Assembly (NCBI GenBank): GCA_902477765.1
Contig: CABSIM010000003.1
Span: forward strand, 38,667-102,666
Direction: 5' to 3'
Source: an uncultured Clostridiaceae bacterium
GTDB taxonomy: Bacteria > Bacillota > Clostridia > Lachnospirales > Lachnospiraceae
Length of the DNA stretch: 64,000 bases
Shown here: piece by piece, positions 57,537 through 64,000 of the stretch
Layout: every line of letters starts with the position of its first letter
Position numbering within the stretch: the first letter of the stretch is position 1
Notes under the pieces: model-generated
What the model was told of the DNA's origin: nothing
The model's input: only the letters and a program-made list of their open reading frames with translations
Database searches by the model: none
Program-made: the position numbers and the translations under genes

Positions 57537-58317
57537 TATCAGAGAGATCAGCAAGACGTTCAATCCGGGAACCGTCAATGAAAAAACGGCTCTGGACGGT
57601 CTTTCCCTTCATCTGAATGAAGGAGATTTCGTGACGGTCATCGGCGGAAACGGAGCAGGAAAGTCCACGATGCTGAATGCAGTGGCCGGTACCTGGTTTG
57701 TGGATGAAGGAGCCATAGAGATTGACGGAATCAATGTGACGAAGTTTCCGGAATATAAGCGTGCCTGCTATCTGGGACGTGTGTTCCAGGACCCCATGAC
57801 CGGAACGGCTGCCACCATGCAGATCGAGGAAAACATGGCTCTGGCCGCCAGACGGGGAACTTTCCGCTCCCTGAGAAAAGGCATCACCGCAAAAGAGAGG
57901 GAAGAATACCGGGAACAGTTAAAAATTCTGGGACTGGGCCTGGAAAACCGCCTGACATCCAAGGTGGGGCTCCTTTCAGGCGGACAGCGGCAGGCGCTGA
58001 CGCTTCTGATGGCCACGTTTAAAAGGCCAAGGCTTCTGCTGCTGGACGAGCATACGGCGGCCCTGGATCCCAAAACAGCGGCAAAAGTTCTGGAGATCAC
58101 TGATAAAATTGTGGAACGGGATCATCTGACCACACTGATGATCACTCATAATATGAAAGATGCCATTGCCCATGGAAACCGTCTGATCATGATGAATGCA
58201 GGAAAGGTCGTGTTCGATGTGGCAGGAGAGGAAAAAAAGAATCTGACGGTCAGAGATCTGCTTCTGAAGTTCGAGGAAGTAAGCGGAGAAGCCAATGACC
58301 GGATGGTTCTGGCATAA
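57529..58317 (+). CDS. ABC ATP-binding protein
   Basis: GGNGAGKS, LSGGQRQ and LLLDEHTAALDP. Confidence 0.93.
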   Translation: MLDIREISKTFNPGTVNEKTALDGLSLHLNEGDFVTVIGGNGAGKSTMLNAVAGTWFVDEGAIEIDGINVTKFPEYKRACYLGRVFQDPMTGTAATMQIEENMALAARRGTFRSLRKGITAKEREEYREQLKILGLGLENRLTSKVGLLSGGQRQALTLLMATFKRPRLLLLDEHTAALDPKTAAKVLEITDKIVERDHLTTLMITHNMKDAIAHGNRLIMMNAGKVVFDVAGEEKKNLTVRDLLLKFEEVSGEANDRMVLA

Positions 58318-58678
58318 AAAGAACCATATCTGCGGGAGAGAAAAATCCGGGGATGAAATATGGCGGCAGCCGGCGGAAAAGAAATATTTCTGTCGTCTGC
58401 CGCTTTCTGCAGAATCCCAAGAAGACAGGCACATATCCGGAAATACCCTTGTTTCTGAGAAAAACGGGAGGAGGCAAGGTTGATTTTCAGAAAATCCAGG
58501 GGTATAATGTCGGGTGAACCTGCCTGCCGGAGGGGCGTGTGCAGAGCCAGCCCTGTTTTCCGGCCGCTTTTTCTGTCTGTTTATAGAAGAAAAGGGCGGG
58601 AAAGCCGGATGGCAGCGGCAGGCGGAATGCCGGAAAATACGGTACCGGGTGAAAACGGACAGGAAAGAAGGATACAGA

Positions 58679-59152
58679 ATGACAAAAACAAATGTAATGA
58701 GACTTCTGGATGCAGCCAGAATTCCTTATGAGGCAAAAGAATATCCGGTGGATGAAAATGATCTGTCAGGCAGCCATGCGGCTGATCTGATGGGGGTGGA
58801 CCACGGAAGCATGTTCAAAACTCTGGTAATGAAAGGAGAAAAAACAGGGTATCTGGTCTGCTGCATCCCGGTGGACGGAGAAGTGAATCTTAAGAAGGCG
58901 GCAAAAGCAGCAGGGGACAAGAAAGTGGAGATGCTTCATATGAAAGATCTGCTTCCTGTCACAGGATATGTGCGGGGAGGCTGTTCTCCCATAGGCATGA
59001 AAAAGAAATTTCCCACATATATTGACGAATCGGCTCTGGAATATGAAAAAATTGCCGTAAGTGCGGGAACCAGAGGGGTTCAGGTAATCCTTTCGCCGGA
59101 AAAACTGGCAGCCTATGTGGGGGCAAAGTTCACAGATTTACGGGAAAAATAG
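58679..59152 (+). CDS. ybaK: Cys-tRNA(Pro) deacylase
   Basis: KTNVMRLLD, FKTLV, TGYVRGGCSPIGMK and SAGTRG. Confidence 0.93.
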   Translation: MTKTNVMRLLDAARIPYEAKEYPVDENDLSGSHAADLMGVDHGSMFKTLVMKGEKTGYLVCCIPVDGEVNLKKAAKAAGDKKVEMLHMKDLLPVTGYVRGGCSPIGMKKKFPTYIDESALEYEKIAVSAGTRGVQVILSPEKLAAYVGAKFTDLREK

Positions 59153-59449
59153 TTTACATAAAATAAAACAGCCGCGAAAGTGGAGGCTGAGTGGGAAACA
59201 AAAATTAACAAATCTGTAATAAATGAAAAAAAGCCCTGTTCGCATTCTGAATAAAAAAGCCGGAAAATTCCGGAATAAAATCTTGCAGAATGTTTAAAAA
59301 TGTTACGAAACTTTAAAATTTCAAAGAAAAAATGTAACAAAATTACGAAACGCTTCTTGACATTTTTGCATGCGGTCTCCTATAATCACAGACACCGGCC
59401 GGAAGTCAGGCCGGAAATCAATAAGAATGTGAAGAAGAGAGGGCTTTTC

Positions 59450-60358
59450 ATGGAGGCGTGGAACTCATTTCTTCAGACTGTCTTTCAGTTTGTGAAGTCG
59501 CTGTTTACCAATGTGTCCAAACGGATGCACCGGAATGCGGCAGTACTTACAACGGGTGTGGCTGTGGTGACGGTAGTTGCCTTTACCGCAGGAAATTTCC
59601 AGGGCGGAGGAAAGAACGCGCTGGTGGCCTTTGCCGAGACGCCCGGAGAAACAGATATGGGAGAGACAGATCCGGAGGAGATACAGGCTGCCACAGAGCC
59701 GGAAACGGAACAGATTTCCGCGGAAACACTTCTGCAGGAAACGGCAGAACCTGAATCAGAAACATCAGAAACAACCGAAACAGAAGACGATACGGCTGCG
59801 GAAACAGAAGAGAACGTGTCTGCAGAACCTGAACATACGGAAACGGAAGACGGAGCAGAAACCTCTGCGGATGAGACAGAGGCCGGCCCGGGGACGCCCG
59901 GAGGCGAAAACACCGGGGAAAGTGCTGCGGGGCTTGAGCAGGTGGAGGTTCCCCCGGATGCTGAAGAGCAGGAACGTGTGGTTTCATGTTCGGCAGATGA
60001 CTATAATGTACTGCTGAGAATTGTCCAGGCGGAAGCCGGGGGATGTGACATCAAGGGCCGGATTCTGGTGGCCAATGTGGTGCTGAACCGTGTGGAAAGC
60101 GATGAATTTCCGGACACCATTACCGGCGTGGTTTATGAACGCTCTCAGTTTTCTCCGGTCATTGACGGTTCCATCAATTCCTGCCGGGTGACCGAGGAAA
60201 CTGTGGAAGCTGTGGACCGGGCACTGGCCGGCGAGGATTATTCCCAGGGAGCTCTTTATTTCATGAACCGGAGAACAGCAGCTGCGAAGAATGTACGCTG
60301 GTTCGACAATCACCTGGAATGGCTGTTTCAGCACGGAAGCCATGAGTTTTTTAAATAA
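59450..60358 (+). CDS. SleB-like cell wall hydrolase (Hydrolase_2) with N-terminal TM/signal segment and acidic linker
   Basis: RIVQAEAGG, VANVVLNRV, FPDTI..VVY...QFSPV, ALYF and H.FF; promoter TTGACA-18-TATAAT at 59357-59386. Confidence 0.88.
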   Translation: MEAWNSFLQTVFQFVKSLFTNVSKRMHRNAAVLTTGVAVVTVVAFTAGNFQGGGKNALVAFAETPGETDMGETDPEEIQAATEPETEQISAETLLQETAEPESETSETTETEDDTAAETEENVSAEPEHTETEDGAETSADETEAGPGTPGGENTGESAAGLEQVEVPPDAEEQERVVSCSADDYNVLLRIVQAEAGGCDIKGRILVANVVLNRVESDEFPDTITGVVYERSQFSPVIDGSINSCRVTEETVEAVDRALAGEDYSQGALYFMNRRTAAAKNVRWFDNHLEWLFQHGSHEFFK

Positions 60359-60577
60359 AGCATAAAACCAAGGAAAAGGATAAAGGAAACTGCAGAGGTC
60401 CCCGGGCGCGGCAGATGCTGTGCCCGGGGACTTCGCGGTTTCCTTTTCGGTTTTTATTACGGATCACAGTTATTTTTCTTAAGAAAATCTTCCAAAATAA
60501 ATTCCAAAATTGATTGACATTACCCGGACAGAATGGGATAATATCTATAAGATTGACCCAGAGAAGGAGGAGTTCAA

Positions 60578-62275
60578 ATGTCAACAAAAGCGTACTACCC
60601 GATTTCTGAAATTGGAAAAGGCAAGGTTGGATTTTCCAAAACTCGTTCCATTATCGAAGCCGCATTTTACGGCAACAACGTCGTAAAGGTGAACACCCTG
60701 AGAGAGGCTTATGAACTGGCCAAAAATTCTCCAGGAACCATCGTAACCGATATGCCGGTTTACAGAGGCGAGGAATTTGGTCTGGACAGAGACGCCAAGG
60801 TCCTGTTATTTAATGACGGAGCCATCACAGGCCGTTATGCCACCGCACGCCGTATTGCAGGTGAACCCGGCGTGAACTGCGAGGAACTGGACAAGGTCGT
60901 TATGGATGCAGTATACGAAGCCCGCTGGAAGACCCTGTATCACGCAGAGGTTTATGTAGGCCTGGATCCGGAATTCATGGTAAAGGCTCATCTTCTGATT
61001 CCTGAGGGAGAAGAGAACATCATGTACAACTGGATGCTGAACTTCCAGTATATGTCCACAGAGTATACAAAGATGTATAAAAATTCCAAGCCTGTAGGCG
61101 ACGGAAAAGAGCCGGATATTTACATCTTCTCCGATCCGCAGTGGACAGGCTCCGACAGACCCAGTGTATCTCTGGACTGCCTGTCTGACCCGCAGAAGAA
61201 GACTCTGTGCTACTTCAATACCGATACCAACTGTGCATGCATTCTGGGAATGAGATATTTCGGCGAACATAAAAAGGGAACCCTGACCATGGCATGGGCC
61301 ATTGCAAACCGCAACGGTTACGCATCCTGCCACGGCGGTCAGAAAGAATATACTCTGGCTGACGGAAGAAAATATGTTGCTTCCGTATATGGTCTGTCCG
61401 GATCCGGAAAGTCTACTCTGACCCATGCAAAACACGGCGGCAAATATGAGATCAAGGTACTTCATGATGATGCATTCATCATCAATACCGATACCTGTGC
61501 ATCCATCGCACTGGAGCCCACATATTTCGACAAGACTGCAGACTATCCGACCGGATGTGATGACAACAAGTATCTTCTGACTGTTCAGAACTGCTCCGCA
61601 ACTCTGGATGAAAACGGAAAGATTCAGCTGGTAACAGAAGATATCAGAAACGGCAACGGCCGTGCCATCAAGTCCAAACTCTGGTCTCCCAACCGTGTGG
61701 ACAGAATCGACGCACCGGTCAATGCAATTTTCTGGATCATGAAAGATCCGACCATCCCGCCGGTGGTGAAACTGAAAGGTGCATCTCTTGCGTCTGTTAT
61801 GGGTGCAACTCTGGCAACCAAGAGATCTTCCGCAGAGCGTCTTGCACCGGGTGTGGATCCCAATAAACTGGTGGTTGTTCCGTATGCAAACCCGTTCCGT
61901 ACCTATCCGCTTTCCAACGACTATGAGAAGTTCAAAAAGCTGGTGGAAGAGAAGAACGTGGACTGCTACATTGTGAATACAGGCGATTTCATGGGCAAGA
62001 AAGTAAAACCGGCTGATACTCTGGGAATTCTGGAAGCCATTGTGGAAGGCAAGGCTGACTTCCATAAATGGGGCCCGTTCTCCGATATTGAGATCATGGA
62101 CTGGGAAGGCTTCGTTCCGGATATGAACGATGCAGACTATGTGAACCAGCTGCGGGCACGTATGAATGACCGTGTCAATGAAATCAAGGAGTTTGCAACA
62201 GCCAAGGAAGGATATGACAAACTTCCGGATGATGCGCTGGCTGCACTTGAAAAAGTGGTTGACGAACTGAAATAA
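60578..62275 (+). CDS. pckA: Phosphoenolpyruvate carboxykinase (ATP), divergent Firmicute type
   Basis: YFGEHKKG, SCHGG, GLSGSGKST (P-loop), LHDD and NGNGR; promoter TTGACA-17-GATAAT at 60514-60542. Confidence 0.85.
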   Translation: MSTKAYYPISEIGKGKVGFSKTRSIIEAAFYGNNVVKVNTLREAYELAKNSPGTIVTDMPVYRGEEFGLDRDAKVLLFNDGAITGRYATARRIAGEPGVNCEELDKVVMDAVYEARWKTLYHAEVYVGLDPEFMVKAHLLIPEGEENIMYNWMLNFQYMSTEYTKMYKNSKPVGDGKEPDIYIFSDPQWTGSDRPSVSLDCLSDPQKKTLCYFNTDTNCACILGMRYFGEHKKGTLTMAWAIANRNGYASCHGGQKEYTLADGRKYVASVYGLSGSGKSTLTHAKHGGKYEIKVLHDDAFIINTDTCASIALEPTYFDKTADYPTGCDDNKYLLTVQNCSATLDENGKIQLVTEDIRNGNGRAIKSKLWSPNRVDRIDAPVNAIFWIMKDPTIPPVVKLKGASLASVMGATLATKRSSAERLAPGVDPNKLVVVPYANPFRTYPLSNDYEKFKKLVEEKNVDCYIVNTGDFMGKKVKPADTLGILEAIVEGKADFHKWGPFSDIEIMDWEGFVPDMNDADYVNQLRARMNDRVNEIKEFATAKEGYDKLPDDALAALEKVVDELK

Positions 62276-62375
62276 GATGTATCTCATATCAGGACGCAGT
62301 TCTCGGGACTGCGTCCTGATTTTGTCTGAACAGAAAAGATTCTCTGCAGTACATGCAGAGGCTGATGGGGAGATT

Positions 62376-63026
62376 ATGCAGAAAAAATATGTTTTTTTCG
62401 ACCTGGACGGAACGTTGACCGATTCCAAACCGGGAATCACCAGAGCGGTGCAGTACGCCCTGCGGCATTACGGAATTGAGGAAGAAGACCTGGATGCGCT
62501 GAGTCCTTTTGTGGGTCCGCCGCTGCCGGAAAGCTTCCGGGAATTTTATCGGTTCAGCCAGAAAGATGCCGATGAAGCAGTCTATGTATTCCGGGAATAT
62601 TACAATGCCAGAGGCTGGGCGGAAAATTCCGTATACAGCGGTGTCCGGGAGATGCTGGAGGAAGCGGGAAAAGAAAAAAAACTTTACGTGGCCACCTCCA
62701 AGCCGGAAGCCATGGCCAGACGTGTGCTGGAACATTTCGGACTGGATTCGTATTTTGAATACATCGGAGGAGCCAATGAGGACAGCAGCAGGGTCAACAA
62801 GGATGACGTGATCCGTCATGTGATGGAAAAGAACGGAATCACGGACCCGGAACTGGTGGTAATGGTGGGAGACCGGCGGCATGACATTGCCGGGGCTCAC
62901 AGAACAGGAATGGAAGCTGTGGGAGTTCTGTACGGCTACGGATCCAGGGAGGAACTGGAAAAGGCAGGCGCGGACAGAATCGCAGAAACCCCGGAAGAAC
63001 TGGGAAATATGCTGAAAGAAATGTAG
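62376..63026 (+). CDS. HAD family hydrolase (phosphoglycolate phosphatase/5'-nucleotidase-like)
   Basis: FFDLDGTLTDS, VATSKP and MVGDRRHD motifs. Confidence 0.92.
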   Translation: MQKKYVFFDLDGTLTDSKPGITRAVQYALRHYGIEEEDLDALSPFVGPPLPESFREFYRFSQKDADEAVYVFREYYNARGWAENSVYSGVREMLEEAGKEKKLYVATSKPEAMARRVLEHFGLDSYFEYIGGANEDSSRVNKDDVIRHVMEKNGITDPELVVMVGDRRHDIAGAHRTGMEAVGVLYGYGSREELEKAGADRIAETPEELGNMLKEM

Positions 63027-63041
63027 AATCACAGAGGAAAG

Positions 63042-63102
63042 AAAACCCCGGAATGGGAGGCGGCGCACAGACGTGCGTACCAGGTCATTCCGGGGATTTT
63101 TT
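63042..63102. terminator. Bidirectional terminator
   Basis: AAAACCCCGGAATG...CATTCCGGGGATTTTTT between convergent genes. Confidence 0.65.
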
Positions 63103-63126
63103 GTGAGACGGGAAGATGCGTTCTGT

Positions 63127-63663
63127 TTAATTCTGATCCAGGGAGTCTTTTTTTCTGCGGATCATCTGGATTCCTGCAAGGATAATTATGACAGCCACCA
63201 CCGAACTGGGCACGTCCATGGTCAGGCGGTAGATGAGTTCGGTGATGCCTTCCGGCAGGTGCAGCAGTTCGAAAGCAATGTAATGGATCACATCCCGGAA
63301 AGAATTCCAGAGAATGGACGCGCCGAAGGAAATCAGGATTACGGCGGTAAGTCTGTAATAACGGCGGATGATGGCTCCTCTGTTGCGGAACAGGCAGTTG
63401 ATATGGAGGAAGTAATCATCCTCAATGGAGTAAAATTCATCATCAGGCAGAGAATTCAGGTTGTTGGAGTGAAAAAAGCTGTAAAACCAGATCACGGGCA
63501 CCAGCAGGAAAAAGGAAGACATCACCAGATTTCCCAGAGAGAACAGCACGGCGCAGAGCGCCATGATGCTGATTCCGTGACGGAAAAAACCCATGTACAT
63601 TTCCCCTGCACCGGGAATCAGAGATGCCAGAAACAACAGGAATGAATTTCGTTTTCTGATCAT
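63127..63663 (-). CDS. Hypothetical membrane protein
   Basis: IPGAGEMYMG, WFYSFFH and several TM segments; GGAGGT RBS. Confidence 0.75.
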   Translation of the reverse strand: MIRKRNSFLLFLASLIPGAGEMYMGFFRHGISIMALCAVLFSLGNLVMSSFFLLVPVIWFYSFFHSNNLNSLPDDEFYSIEDDYFLHINCLFRNRGAIIRRYYRLTAVILISFGASILWNSFRDVIHYIAFELLHLPEGITELIYRLTMDVPSSVVAVIIILAGIQMIRRKKDSLDQN

Positions 63664-63665
63664 GA

Positions 63666-64000
63666 TCAGTTACCTCCATTTTGGAAAATATCATTGGAAA
63701 ACTGCCGGATGCGGCCGGACAGTCTGTCATTGGCTTTTTTTATGTTCCACAGGGATTCCTGCATCAGGGATTCACGGTGGGACGGGACCGGCGCCTGTAC
63801 CCTGCCGGCAATGTCCGGGGCAGCTGCAAGAAGAAGCAGAGCTCCGGCTACGGCAGTCCCTACTTTCAGGGAATAGAAGAAAAGCTGCGCTTTCTTGGAA
63901 AGCTTCCGGGTGCCGTGTTCCAGACGCACTTCAGGTCTGGCGGCTGCTTTCAGAACAGACTCCTTCAGATCTCTGGGAGCGGCAATCAGAAAACGGGCCT
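63666..64000 (-). CDS. Hypothetical single-TM protein, probably anti-sigma-like; 5' end lies outside the window
   Basis: Frame is open to the window edge: ...ARFLIAAPRDLKESVLKAAARPEV...QLFFYSLKVGTAVAGALLLL... Confidence 0.55.
   Translation of the reverse strand, partial: ARFLIAAPRDLKESVLKAAARPEVRLEHGTRKLSKKAQLFFYSLKVGTAVAGALLLLAAAPDIAGRVQAPVPSHRESLMQESLWNIKKANDRLSGRIRQFSNDIFQNGGN

Noticed and set aside
58636..58655. GGTACCG as a T-box antiterminator in the ybaK leader
   Set aside because: It lacks the UGG of the GGUGGNACC bulge, a stem I AG-box and a following terminator.
1..64000. CRISPR arrays, tRNA/rRNA genes, IS elements, integrases
   Set aside because: No regularly spaced repeats, RNA gene signatures or transposase/recombinase ORFs were seen by eye; intergenic gaps are short.

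Overview
A chromosomal, gene-dense window from a Firmicute. Gene content and protein style point to Lachnospiraceae (Clostridium cluster XIVa-like); this is an inference, not a database match. Housekeeping content includes pyrF-K-D-E, purE-M-N-D, pepF, an M29-like aminopeptidase, leuC-D, pckA, ybaK and lrgAB. Stress and envelope content includes a LexA-boxed Y-family polymerase/YolD cassette, CIRCE-controlled tandem Hsp20 genes, a lipoprotein serpin, an ECF sigma/anti-sigma locus and a SleB-like hydrolase. There are three ABC importers, one inside an AraC-controlled raffinose-type locus with a GH36 alpha-galactosidase and an amylosucrase-like GH13. I see no rRNA, tRNA, CRISPR array, prophage or IS element. 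Best candidates for undescribed systems: (1) a cytoplasmic ParB/Srx-like + BMP ligand-binding fusion paired with a metallophosphoesterase and translationally coupled to the sugar-locus AraC regulator (37745-41223); (2) a nudC + two DUF3841-like paralog operon that may be an NAD/ADP-ribose module (50194-52372); (3) an RsiV-like anti-sigma factor whose sensor looks like AMIN+SPOR peptidoglycan-binding domains; (4) a wall-anchored GH5-fold protein lacking the catalytic nucleophile. All family calls come from motif recognition by eye; no searches were run.
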